NCBI GenBank assembly: GCA_963756945.1
Contig: CAVWQJ010000005.1
Location: 218,123 to 282,122 of the forward strand
DNA from: an uncultured Chitinophagaceae bacterium
Lineage (GTDB): Bacteria > Bacteroidota > Bacteroidia > Chitinophagales > Chitinophagaceae
Reading direction: 5' to 3'
DNA: 64,000 nucleotides
Shown: one piece after another, positions 31,406 to 40,857 of the stretch
How the letters are laid out: each line of letters opens with the position of its first letter
Numbering within the stretch: position 1 is the first letter of the stretch
The notes under the pieces: model-generated
What the model was told of the DNA's origin: nothing
Databases searched by the model: none
Seen by the model: only the letters and a program-made list of their open reading frames with translations
Made by a program: the position numbers and the translations under genes

Positions 31406-31516
31406 TCAGATTGCTTTTCAATTCATCAGCCTTTGTTTAGTTGCATCAATATTTTTCTGTGGTGCTTCTTTGCAAAGGCTGAGTCAATTTGAAGATGTTC
31501 GTTCGGAGATTTTTTT
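31406..31516 (+). ncRNA. Candidate rod-shaped ncRNA (~110 nt)
   Basis: TCAGCCTTTGT/GCAAAGGCTGA 11-bp stem, GCATCA/TGGTGC apical stem, outer TTCAATT/AATTTGAA pairing, T7 tail; directly after the promoter. Confidence 0.55.
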
Positions 31517-31518
31517 CA

Positions 31519-32976
31519 TTATTTTTTTGGACCAAATGGATTTATCCTGCTATGTTTAATGTTTTTAATAAGTCTGTAATAAAATTCTTTATTAAATAAT
31601 TGTGAGTCGTGCATAGCTTTATACGTCAAGAAAAAACCTACAGGACTAAGAACAATCACAGGAAGCCACATTCCAATTGTGGGATCAAGAAGATGATCTT
31701 TGGTAAATTTTTCACCAAAAATATTGAGCAGATAAAAAATCATAAAAAATATTAGGGCAACCACTAAAGGAAGACCCAGTCCGCCTTTTCGTATTATAGA
31801 ACCCAACGGGGCGCCAATAAAAAATAAAACCATGCAGGCGATAGAAAGGGATAGTTTCTTATGCCATTCAATCTTGTGCTGTATTATGTCATCAATCTGG
31901 TTTTCATATAAACTGGCGTTAACCTCCATTATTCCCCGAATGCTCGAAACGGTAGCCGCTGCCTGTTCTCTTACTGTTGTTTTTAAACTGTCTGGTATAA
32001 GTTCATTAAAGGATTTTACTTTTTTACCTGGAATTTTTTTTTCTGCCACTTCCATTTGTTTCCTCGTCCTTGCAGTATCCTTATATTTTGTATAACGAAT
32101 ATATATTTTCAAATCGTTGCGATTTTGCCTTACGAGCGAGTCAGGGATTTTTTTTAATGAATCAATATCCTTATCGAGCAAACGTAAAGTTTTCATACGC
32201 ATGTTATTCATGAAAAGACTGTCCGAGGTCCTTTGAATATTCAATTGAGTAAGATCAAATAATTTATTGTACTCTTTAAATCCCATTTGTACATATTCAT
32301 TCTTTGGAGAATTATATTCCCCTTTTTCTGAATAACGATTCCCGTTTTGTAAATGGAATTCCAAAAATTTCTTGTCCTTGCTCACAGTCATTTTACCACT
32401 TTCCGATATAATGGTATTATCCTGGATTCCATTTGACTGCTCGTAAATTAATACATTGTGCAGTGTGCTTTTATCTTTTTCTTTTTTACCTACTTTAATT
32501 GCAAACCCCCGAAATCCACTATAAAAAACGCCATCTTTTAAATCGAAAGCGGGACTTTTCCTATAGATATCATTATAGATTACAGCAAATTTTAAGTTAG
32601 CAACTGGAGCAATATAATTAGCAAATAGAAACGCAACTCCTGTAAGAATTATAGAAACAAAAAATAGTGGCCTCATAAAACGTAATAACGAGATACCAGA
32701 CGATTTAATAGCAACTAACTCAAAATTTTCGCCCAGCTTTCCGAAAGTCATTATTGAGGAAAGTAAAATGGCGATGGGCAAAGCAAGCGTTACTAAAGTT
32801 GCGCTTGCATAAATAAGAAATTTAGTAAGGGTAATAAAATCAAGACCTTTGCCCACAAGGTCATCGATATATTTCCACAATATTTGCATCATAAATACAA
32901 ATAATGTTATAAAGAATGTGGCTATGAAAGGCCATATAAAAGCTTTAAGAATGAGCTTGTCAAGTTTTTTAAACAT
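31519..32976 (-). CDS. lptF: LptF/LptG family LPS export permease
   Basis: ALPIAILLSSIMTFGKLGENFELVAIKSSGIS, IGAPLGSIIRKGGLG. Confidence 0.85.
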   Translation of the reverse strand: MFKKLDKLILKAFIWPFIATFFITLFVFMMQILWKYIDDLVGKGLDFITLTKFLIYASATLVTLALPIAILLSSIMTFGKLGENFELVAIKSSGISLLRFMRPLFFVSIILTGVAFLFANYIAPVANLKFAVIYNDIYRKSPAFDLKDGVFYSGFRGFAIKVGKKEKDKSTLHNVLIYEQSNGIQDNTIISESGKMTVSKDKKFLEFHLQNGNRYSEKGEYNSPKNEYVQMGFKEYNKLFDLTQLNIQRTSDSLFMNNMRMKTLRLLDKDIDSLKKIPDSLVRQNRNDLKIYIRYTKYKDTARTRKQMEVAEKKIPGKKVKSFNELIPDSLKTTVREQAAATVSSIRGIMEVNASLYENQIDDIIQHKIEWHKKLSLSIACMVLFFIGAPLGSIIRKGGLGLPLVVALIFFMIFYLLNIFGEKFTKDHLLDPTIGMWLPVIVLSPVGFFLTYKAMHDSQLFNKEFYYRLIKNIKHSRINPFGPKK

Positions 32977-33030
32977 GCTGATATCCCTTGTCGGGTAAAA
33001 TGTTATTCTCTTTTATTGTAAATTCCATAA

Positions 33031-33699
33031 ATGAACACTGAAACAAAAATACATCTTTCAAAACATGAAATGGAACTGGTACAAAACCGGGAATGGATTT
33101 TAACGAAACACGCAATAATAAATAAGGTGTACCAACTTTTCGGCGAATTACTGGCAACTTATAAAGAAATATCCCGGCAACAAACTCAATCAATTATTGA
33201 TTTTTATAAGCACCTGGGAGGTAAGATTTCGAAAGGAGAAAATTATCAGGGTCTCCCTTATGTTATATTGGATTATCCTGCTTCATTTAGCAAAGAAAAT
33301 ATTTTTGCCATAAGAACCTTTTTTTGGTGGGGCAATTTTTTTAGTATTTCACTTCACTTATCAGGAAAAAAAATTTTAGCAGAAAAAGATTTTTCAAAGA
33401 TCTTTTTATTTCTAAACGAAAATAAATTTTATGTCTGTATAAATAAAGATGAATGGCAGCATGATTTTGAGCCTGGCAATTATATAAGCGTATCCGACTT
33501 AAGCGAGAATTCATTTAAAGAAATTTCAAAAAAAGATTTTTTTAAAATTTCAAAAAAACATGAATTAAATAAATGGGATGAAGCTCCTGAATTTTTGAAG
33601 GGATCGTTTGAAGAAATAATAGAATTTTTAAAAATCAGTTTCCCAACCGGTGAAAAAGATCCTTCACCTGGGTTTCCCATAATTGGCTCTGATCTTTAA
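33031..33699 (+). CDS. Conserved hypothetical protein
   Basis: 222-aa ORF with KISKGENYQGLPYVILDYP and FWWG motifs; function unknown. Confidence 0.65.
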   Translation: MNTETKIHLSKHEMELVQNREWILTKHAIINKVYQLFGELLATYKEISRQQTQSIIDFYKHLGGKISKGENYQGLPYVILDYPASFSKENIFAIRTFFWWGNFFSISLHLSGKKILAEKDFSKIFLFLNENKFYVCINKDEWQHDFEPGNYISVSDLSENSFKEISKKDFFKISKKHELNKWDEAPEFLKGSFEEIIEFLKISFPTGEKDPSPGFPIIGSDL

Positions 33700-34015
33700 T
33701 TTCTTTTTTGTCAGCAAAATCATTTATTACCAGAATAGTTTGATTTGTCACTTCTGATTTGTCTATGCTAAATTCAAAGTATTCGTCCTTTGGCGAATTT
33801 AGCCAATGAAAGCGTATAGACTTATTTTCTTCACTTTCTATCACTTCAGCTTCTTCGCTGGAGCCATTCCATGCAAAGCTAAAATGCCCATCCTTATCTT
33901 CAACTTTATCGGCAAACCATTCCTGCAAGCCGGTTGAGGTAGATAAAAATTCATATAATATTTGCGGTGAGCATCTAACCGGGTATTCCAACGTATATCT
34001 TACTTTCTTACTCAT
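33635..34015 (-). CDS. START-like (START_2) domain protein
   Basis: LYEFLST..GLQEWFADKV and YFEF motifs; near lptF as in other Bacteroidota. Confidence 0.8.
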   Translation of the reverse strand: MSKKVRYTLEYPVRCSPQILYEFLSTSTGLQEWFADKVEDKDGHFSFAWNGSSEEAEVIESEENKSIRFHWLNSPKDEYFEFSIDKSEVTNQTILVINDFADKKEIKDQSQLWETQVKDLFHRLGN

Positions 34016-34262
34016 TTTTTAAATTAAATCTGGTCTGTATATGTGCAATAATAGAAAATAAATTAACTAACTAACCTAATTTATTATTTTTTTTATTAAT
34101 TATTTTTTTGGAATGATTTAATGGATTGAGTACTCGCGTATTATTACAAAGAAAAATTAACATTTTATTTGGCCACATACTTAAAACTGTCTAAATTACG
34201 TTACTCTATAGATTTATTGAACTACCACGCCAAACTAAGTTTTAAATTTTAAAATAAGTCTT

Positions 34263-35138
34263 ATGAGTATGCGTCAGCTTAAAATCTCAAAATCTATAAC
34301 GAATCGCGAAAGCGAAAGTTTGGAGAAGTATCTTCAAGAGATAGGTAAGGTAGATCTTATTTCTCCTGAAGAAGAAGTGAAACTTGCCCTTAAAATAAAA
34401 CAAGGCGACCAGCAGGCACTTGACAAACTTACAAAAGCTAATTTAAGATTCGTAGTTTCTGTTGCAAAACAATATCAAAACCAAGGTCTTACATTGCCTG
34501 ACTTAATAAACGAAGGTAATCTTGGGTTAATTAAAGCAGCTCAGCGTTTTGATGAAACCAGGGGATTTAAATTTATTTCTTACGGCGTATGGTGGATACG
34601 TCAAAGTATTATGCAAGCGCTTGCCGAGCAATCACGGATAGTAAGGCTTCCCTTAAATAAGGTTGGCTTAACTAACAGAATCGCCAGGGCATACACGCAT
34701 TTGGAGCAGGAATTCGAACGTACTCCAACAGTAGAAGAGCTTGCTTTTTTTCTTGATATTGAAACCGAAGAAGTTGCTGCAACGTTAAATGTTGCCGCAA
34801 GGCACGTGAGCATGGATTCTCCTTTAAGTGATGGGGAAGAAAGCACATTAATAGATGTTTTGGTGAATGGAAATGCAGATAGTGCTGATAAACAAATTAT
34901 GTTTAACGATTCTCTAAAAAAAGAAATAGCAAGATCGTTAAGTATATTAACTGAACGCCAAAAGGAAGTGATCTGTTTATTTTATGGTATTGGTATTGAT
35001 CAGCCCTTAAGCCTTGAAGACATAGGCGTGAGATTTTGCCTCACACGCGAGAGGGTAAGACAAATAAAAGATAAAGCTCTAACGAAACTTCGTTCCGCTT
35101 CGAGATCTAATCTTTTAAAAGAATACATGGGAGTATAG
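34263..35138 (+). CDS. Short RpoD/SigA-family sigma factor (Bacteroidota type, no region 1.1)
   Basis: [50 protein letters not shown]. Confidence 0.92.
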   Translation: MSMRQLKISKSITNRESESLEKYLQEIGKVDLISPEEEVKLALKIKQGDQQALDKLTKANLRFVVSVAKQYQNQGLTLPDLINEGNLGLIKAAQRFDETRGFKFISYGVWWIRQSIMQALAEQSRIVRLPLNKVGLTNRIARAYTHLEQEFERTPTVEELAFFLDIETEEVAATLNVAARHVSMDSPLSDGEESTLIDVLVNGNADSADKQIMFNDSLKKEIARSLSILTERQKEVICLFYGIGIDQPLSLEDIGVRFCLTRERVRQIKDKALTKLRSASRSNLLKEYMGV

Positions 35139-35157
35139 ATTTTGTAATAATAATTTG

Positions 35158-35190
35158 AGTGGACATTTCAAAAAAATGTTCACTTTTTTT
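35158..35190 (+). terminator. Intrinsic terminator
   Basis: AGTGGACATTT...AAATGTTCACT followed by a T run. Confidence 0.7.
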
Positions 35191-35294
35191 GTGCCTGTCT
35201 CTCAATATTTCTTTGGTTAAGCCAGCTTTATTAATACCCATCTTTTCCATCTTTAATAAAAATTATTTTTTCTCAAATATCTTTGCCACCACTC

Positions 35295-35816
35295 ATGGGC
35301 AATTATTTCAAAATAGGTAAGCTGGCGGCAACTTTTGGTTTAGAAGGACAATTAATTCTTGAACATAACCTTGGGAAAAAAACTTCTTTAAAGGGGCTTG
35401 AAAATATTTTTATCGAGGAAATCAACAATTCATTTTTGCCATACTTTATTGAATCAGCCAAAATAAAAAATGAAAAAGAAATTTATCTAAAACTAGAAGG
35501 CCTTGCTTCAAAGGAACAGGCCAGGAAATTCGTAAAGAAGGAAGTATGGTTATTGGAAAATGATTTTAAAAAATTTTCCGGAAGTTCAGCGCCTATTTCA
35601 CTGCTTGGTTTTATGGTCATTAATGAAAATGATGAATTGGGTGAAGTGGTTGAAGTGATCGAGCAACCTCACCAGATTTTATGCAAAATTATGCTGAATG
35701 GCAAAGAAGCGTTTATTCCGGTTCATGAAGATTCTTTAGAAAAAATTGACAAGAAAAACCGGAAATTGTTTTTGACCTTGCCAGACGGTTTGCTGGATAT
35801 TTATAGAGATGCCTGA
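35295..35816 (+). CDS. rimM: Ribosome maturation factor RimM (start moved to 35295)
   Basis: IGKLAATFGLEG, PRC barrel, LPDGLLDIY; TATCTTTG box just upstream. Confidence 0.88.
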   Translation: MGNYFKIGKLAATFGLEGQLILEHNLGKKTSLKGLENIFIEEINNSFLPYFIESAKIKNEKEIYLKLEGLASKEQARKFVKKEVWLLENDFKKFSGSSAPISLLGFMVINENDELGEVVEVIEQPHQILCKIMLNGKEAFIPVHEDSLEKIDKKNRKLFLTLPDGLLDIYRDA

Positions 35817-35847
35817 TAAATGAAAATGTAATTTTGCATATAATATT

Positions 35848-37026
35848 ATGCAAGTCTCAGCCTCAAATCTTATTGCTCATTTCGATCTCGATTCTTTTTT
35901 TGTTAGCGTGGAGTTCATGAGAGATCCTTCGTTAAAAGGTAAGCCCGTTATTGTAGGTGGCAGCAGAGAACGAGGCATTGTTACCACATGCAGTTATGAG
36001 GCAAGGAAATTTGGTGTTCATTCTGCAATGCCCATGGCAACAGCAATGCGGCTTTGCCCGCAAGCTATAGTTATAAAAGGAACTTACACTGAGTACGGCA
36101 AATACTCAAGATGGGTAACACAGATTATAGCATCAAAAGCGCCATTATTTGAAAAGGCTTCAATTGATGAATTTTACATTGACCTAACGGGCATGGATAA
36201 GTTTTTTAATCCTTTGCAATGGACCATTGACCTGCGGGAATTAATAATAAGGGAAACCGGCCTTCCAATATCTTTTGGTATCGCAAAAAATAAGATGATC
36301 GCCAAGATGGCAACCAACGAAGCAAAACCTAATGGATTTTTGCAGGTGCCGATGGGAAAAGAAAAAGAATTTCTCGCTTCTTTGGAACTTAATAAAATTC
36401 CCGGTGTTGGAGAACAAACCAACCAAGTTTTGCAATACCATGGATTTAAATTCATCAGAGATATTCATGGCAGCACTCCCGAAAAACTGGAGAAAATTTT
36501 AGGCAAGTGGGGGATTGATTTGTGGCATAGACTGCAGGGAAATCATCATTCTACCATTTCTGCTTACCACGAATCAAAATCAATTTCAACGGAAAATACT
36601 TTCGAGGAAAATATAACCGACGTAAATAAATTGATGAGCGAAATTGTGAGAATGACGGAAAAGATTGCGTTTGAGCTTAGAAAGGGGGAAAAAGTTGCGG
36701 GATGTGTTACGGTAAAACTTCGCTATCCTGACTTTGAAACCACCTCCCGGCAAACAAGCATTCCTTATACAAGTGCCGATGATGAAATAATTCCAGTAGC
36801 GAAAAACCTGTTTCATAAGTTATATAAAAAAGGCCAACCGGTCAGGTTGCTTGGCGTTCGACTGAGTGATCTGACTAACGATGCCTTACAAACAAATCTT
36901 TTTCAAAATATAGAAAGAAAAAATATTTTATACAAAGCCATAGACGATGTAAAAAACAGGTTTGGAAGTAATAGCGTAAATAGGGCGTCGGGTAAATCAA
37001 ATCTTGGCAAAAATAATATCGTGTAG
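35848..37026 (+). CDS. dinB: DNA polymerase IV
   Basis: HFDLDSFFVSVE, SYEARKFGV, SIDEFY, VRLLGV. Confidence 0.93.
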   Translation: MQVSASNLIAHFDLDSFFVSVEFMRDPSLKGKPVIVGGSRERGIVTTCSYEARKFGVHSAMPMATAMRLCPQAIVIKGTYTEYGKYSRWVTQIIASKAPLFEKASIDEFYIDLTGMDKFFNPLQWTIDLRELIIRETGLPISFGIAKNKMIAKMATNEAKPNGFLQVPMGKEKEFLASLELNKIPGVGEQTNQVLQYHGFKFIRDIHGSTPEKLEKILGKWGIDLWHRLQGNHHSTISAYHESKSISTENTFEENITDVNKLMSEIVRMTEKIAFELRKGEKVAGCVTVKLRYPDFETTSRQTSIPYTSADDEIIPVAKNLFHKLYKKGQPVRLLGVRLSDLTNDALQTNLFQNIERKNILYKAIDDVKNRFGSNSVNRASGKSNLGKNNIV

Positions 37027-37413
37027 GGTTTTCTTTTCTAAGATTTTTAATGTTGCATCCCTTGTAATAGTCATAACCTTTCGAATACCACAATGTGTCT
37101 CATCGCAATCTTCGCACTTTTCATAAAAATTTAAACTCACACATGGCAATAGAGCGATAGGCCCGTTGATAACGCGTATCACTGTTGCGAGGTTTATTTT
37201 TTTTGGAGAAACTTTTAAAAAATAGCCGCCTCCTTTTCCTTTTTTGCTTTCCAGCAGGTCTACTTTTTTTAATTCATTCAAAATATTCTCAAGAAATTTT
37301 AGCGGAATCTTTTTTTCTTTCGAAATGTCAGAAATCAGGATAGGCCCTTTTCCATAATTTTCTGCGAGAAAAGAAAGTGCACGAAAGGCATATCTTGTTT
37401 TTTTAGAGAGCAT
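36997..37413 (-). CDS. Rrf2 family transcriptional regulator with C-terminal Cys cluster
   Basis: IPLKFLENIL, SKKGKGGGYFL, PCVSLNFYEKCEDC...C. Confidence 0.9.
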   Translation of the reverse strand: MLSKKTRYAFRALSFLAENYGKGPILISDISKEKKIPLKFLENILNELKKVDLLESKKGKGGGYFLKVSPKKINLATVIRVINGPIALLPCVSLNFYEKCEDCDETHCGIRKVMTITRDATLKILEKKTLHDIIFAKI

Positions 37414-37462
37414 TATTTAAAAATATAGGTTGAATATTATGACAGATGTTTTCTCAATTATG

Positions 37463-37512
37463 CAAATTTATAAAATATCCCCTACTAAATTGGTAGGATA
37501 TTAATATCTTCG
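37463..37512. promoter_or_regulatory. Divergent promoters with a central palindromic operator
   Basis: Minus -7 TAAATTTG (37463-70), CCTAC-N7-GTAGG (37481-97), plus -7 TATCTTCG (37505-12). Confidence 0.65.
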
Positions 37513-37540
37513 CAAAATCTTTAAAATAAAATCTATAATT

Positions 37541-38179
37541 ATGAGTTTACAATTAGGCGATACAGCACCAGATTTTACCGCAGAAACAACTGAAGGTAAA
37601 ATAAATTTTTATGAATTTCTTGGCAATAGTTGGGGAGTTCTCTTTTCGCATCCGGCAGACTTTACACCGGTTTGCACAACAGAACTTGGTAAAACGGCTT
37701 CATTAAAAAAAGAGTTTGAAAAGCGCAATGTAAAAGTGCTTGCCGTAAGTGTTGATCCTTTGGATAAACATAACAGCTGGAAGAACGACATTAACGAAAC
37801 GCAGCACGTATCTGTTGAGTTTCCGATAATTGCCGATGAGGATAAAACGGTAGCCAATCTTTACGGAATGTTGCATCCCAATGCGTCTGCAACCGCAACT
37901 GTTCGTTCACTTTTCGTTATTGGTCCTGATAAAAAGATCAAACTGATGATTATTTATCCTGCATCAACAGGTAGAAATTTTGTTGAAGTTTTACGGGTGA
38001 TAGATTCTTTGCAACTTACAGCGGATTACAGCGTAGCAACACCGGCAGACTGGAAAGAAGGAGAAGATGTAATTGTTGTTCCGTCCGTTAGTACAGAGGA
38101 TGCTATCAAGAAATTTCCTAAGGGAGTAAAAGTTATCAAACCTTATTTACGATATACTCCTCAACCGAATCTGAATTAA
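37541..38179 (+). CDS. 1-Cys peroxiredoxin (Prx6 type)
   Basis: FSHPADFTPVCTTE, YPASTGRNF, YLRYTPQP. Confidence 0.93.
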   Translation: MSLQLGDTAPDFTAETTEGKINFYEFLGNSWGVLFSHPADFTPVCTTELGKTASLKKEFEKRNVKVLAVSVDPLDKHNSWKNDINETQHVSVEFPIIADEDKTVANLYGMLHPNASATATVRSLFVIGPDKKIKLMIIYPASTGRNFVEVLRVIDSLQLTADYSVATPADWKEGEDVIVVPSVSTEDAIKKFPKGVKVIKPYLRYTPQPNLN

Positions 38180-38182
38180 CAT

Positions 38183-38918
38183 TTAAACTTTTAACCCCCT
38201 GTTCTTTTTTAATTGCTGCAATAGCGCTTTTATATCTTTTGGAACAGGTGCTTCTAAAGTCATGCTGATTATTATTTGCATCTTTAAAGTTTAATTGGTA
38301 AGAATGTAAGGCCAGTCTGTTTAAGATTGGCCTTTCTTCTTCTTCGCTTTTGCTCAATTTATATTTCTTTTTAAATGATGAAAGCAATATTGGCTTCCCA
38401 TCCCCATACACCGGATCGCAGGCAATGGGATGGCCTGCAAATTTCATGTGAACCCTTATTTGATGTGTTCTCCCGCTATGAATATTAAATTGAACTGCTG
38501 AATAAATTCCATAATCTTCGATTACTTCATATTCGGTCAGCGATGGTTTCCCTTTTTTATTTACAGTCATTTCTCCTTTGCGAAACGGATGCTCTGCAAT
38601 AGGTTCATCAATTGATCCCGATTTATCGGGCAGGCTTCCACGGATAATGCCAAGGTAAATTTTTTCAATGTTTCTTTTTTCAAATAATTGGGAAAGATAT
38701 TTATGACTCGTTTCATTTTTAGCAAATAATACAAGCCCACTGGTATCGCGATCGAGCCTGTGAACAATAAAGATTTTTCCGTATTTGTCTGTTAATATTT
38801 TGTACAATGATAACTGCGTCTCATCGTGCCTGTCAGGTATCGTTAGCATACCCGCAGATTTGTTTACGGCAATAAAATCTTCATTTTCAAATATTATTGA
38901 TACTCCCTTTAACTCCAT
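38183..38918 (-). CDS. RluA family pseudouridine synthase; frameshift near 38255
   Basis: HRLDRDTSG, GRTHQIRVH; shifted frame gives the expected ..EAPVPKDIKALLQQLKK ending. Confidence 0.85.
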
Positions 38919-38925
38919 TTGTATC

Positions 38926-39969
38926 TTAATTGAATTCGGCTGCATCGGTGGATTTATTTTCTCTTGAAGCTGTGCGTATTGATTTTTGTTTATTCATGTA
39001 TTTCAATAAACGTATTTCTTTTTCGCTTAGATAACGCCACTTTCCACGTTCTACTTTTTTTTTGGTGAGGTTGGCATACATAACCCTGTCCAATCCTTTT
39101 ACATCATAGCCTAAATGCTCAAATATTCTGCGAACGATACGGTTACGTCCACTGTGCAGTTCTATTCCAATAACGCTTTTATCTTTCGGGTCGGCATAGG
39201 CCAAAGCATCGGCAAAAATTTCTCCGTCTTCCAACTTCAGACCATTCAATATTTTTTCAAAATCATTTTTGGTCAGCGGTTTATCTAATTTAGCTTCATA
39301 TACTTTTTTTACGTTGAAACTTGGATGGGTAAGTTCTTGCGTAAGTTGTCCGTCGTTAGTAAGTAGTAAAACACCTGACGTGTTTCTATCTAACCTGCCA
39401 ACAGGATATATTCTTTGATCGGTCGCATTTTTAGTGAGTTGTAAAACAGTTTTTCTATTCAGCGGATCATCAGTAGTTGTGATGTAATCTTTAGGTTTAT
39501 TCAATAAAATATAGACAAGATTTTTCGTTACAAATAATTTCTTGCCATTAAAAACGACTTCGTCTTTATCGGTCACTTTAAATGCAGGTTGTGTGACAAT
39601 TTTTTTATTCACAGACACCTTGCCTTCAATAATTAACGTCACCGCATCACGCCTCGAAGTAACGCCGCAGTGTGCTAAATATTTGTTCAATGGCATTTCA
39701 GGCGCAGCTAAATTTTTTTTTAGGACAGAAGAAGGTACCGCTTGCTCTTTTTTTTGTTGTGGATATTTTTGTCTTTTATCTTTTTTATCATTTTCAATTG
39801 AAGTGTTTGCAGAAAATGCCCTTTGGCGCATTGCTCTCTTTTCTTCAAAATGTTTTTCGATTGCTGCCGCCCGTTCTTTCTTGACATTTTTTTTATCCTG
39901 CTTATGCTTTTCCTTTATTGCAGCGTTGTTTTTTGGGTTGATAAATTTTTTAAATGGTTGCTGGCTCAT
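38926..39969 (-). CDS. RluB/RsuA family pseudouridine synthase with S4 domain
   Basis: LNKYLAHCGVTSRR, GRLDRNTSG, GRNRIVRR. Confidence 0.88.
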   Translation of the reverse strand: MSQQPFKKFINPKNNAAIKEKHKQDKKNVKKERAAAIEKHFEEKRAMRQRAFSANTSIENDKKDKRQKYPQQKKEQAVPSSVLKKNLAAPEMPLNKYLAHCGVTSRRDAVTLIIEGKVSVNKKIVTQPAFKVTDKDEVVFNGKKLFVTKNLVYILLNKPKDYITTTDDPLNRKTVLQLTKNATDQRIYPVGRLDRNTSGVLLLTNDGQLTQELTHPSFNVKKVYEAKLDKPLTKNDFEKILNGLKLEDGEIFADALAYADPKDKSVIGIELHSGRNRIVRRIFEHLGYDVKGLDRVMYANLTKKKVERGKWRYLSEKEIRLLKYMNKQKSIRTASRENKSTDAAEFN

Positions 39970-40025
39970 GTAGAAGTGATTTGCTGTTTTTTCAACAGTA
40001 GTGAGGCGCAAATATAAAAATAAAA

Positions 40026-40052
40026 CAGGTGAACCAACATTTGATTCACCTG
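40026..40052 (-). terminator. Intrinsic terminator after the Spy-like gene
   Basis: CAGGTGAA...TTCACCTG with a T-rich tail on the minus strand. Confidence 0.6.
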
Positions 40053-40073
40053 CAATTTTCAGAGGGAAATATT

Positions 40074-40766
40074 TTACGATTCCTTATATGCTCTTTTATT
40101 TTTCCAATCGTTCATTCGGTTATTTCTCATCTCATCCCGTTTCTTTATTTGATCTGCTGTAAGAATGCTGTTCATACTTTCATGCATACTTTTATGCAGG
40201 TCCCTTAACTGTTCTCTCTTTTGATCTTCAGATAAGGAAGAATTATCCCTGATGGCTTTCATTTTTTCCATAGAAGCGTTCCGTTGTTCGTGGATCTTAG
40301 CAACCTGTTCATCGGTTAGATTCAGGTCAGTCTTCATCTTATCCATTCTTTTTTGGGACATCATTTTCATCTTTTCACTCCTTGCTTCTTTCGCCTGGGC
40401 AATTTTATCTTTTTGTTCCGGTGTAAGAAGTGCCTGGAATTTTGACTTTCTTTCCTGCTCAAGACTTGCTTTTTTAGCCCGATAATCTTTCAGCGTTATA
40501 TTTTCATCTTTCTCCAAATTTTTTACTTTGGCATTATACTCCTCGTTCAATGATTTGGCTTGCTGCTTTTGTGTGTCAGTGAGATTAATTTCTTTCATCA
40601 TCGAAAAGTTTCCTCTGTGGCTGTTCATCTTATATCCTTGCCCGTGCGGGTGCATTTTTGTATTCTGTTGATCTGGCGAGGCTTTCGCGGAGTTATCGGG
40701 GGATTGTGCATTAGCGCCTACAGCTATTATTGTAAATGCTGATAAGGCAATCAAATATTTTTTCAT
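40074..40766 (-). CDS. Spy/CpxP-like periplasmic protein (LTxxQ repeats)
   Basis: Signal peptide; LTDTQ, LTPEQ, LTDEQ, LTADQ; Met/Lys-rich helices. Confidence 0.75.
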   Translation of the reverse strand: MKKYLIALSAFTIIAVGANAQSPDNSAKASPDQQNTKMHPHGQGYKMNSHRGNFSMMKEINLTDTQKQQAKSLNEEYNAKVKNLEKDENITLKDYRAKKASLEQERKSKFQALLTPEQKDKIAQAKEARSEKMKMMSQKRMDKMKTDLNLTDEQVAKIHEQRNASMEKMKAIRDNSSLSEDQKREQLRDLHKSMHESMNSILTADQIKKRDEMRNNRMNDWKNKRAYKES

Positions 40767-40794
40767 GTGTATATTGTTTGTTTAATAATAGCAA

Positions 40795-40824
40795 TATAGA
40801 CGTGCTACTATACCCTTGGTTTAA
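40795..40824 (-). promoter_or_regulatory. Putative ECF promoter TTAAACC-N16-GTCTATA
   Basis: Both boxes identical to those upstream of lolA. Confidence 0.6.
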
Positions 40825-40857
40825 TAGTTGGAAATAATAAATTGTTAAAGAGGTAAA

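Noticed and set aside
31406-31516. SRP RNA or tRNA
   Set aside because: No GNRA-capped helix with the CAGG/AGCAG loop, no cloverleaf and no CCA end.
33635-37026. Convergent 3' overlaps (hypothetical/START 65 nt; dinB/rrf2 30 nt)
   Set aside because: Short tail overlaps are common and nothing else indicates function.
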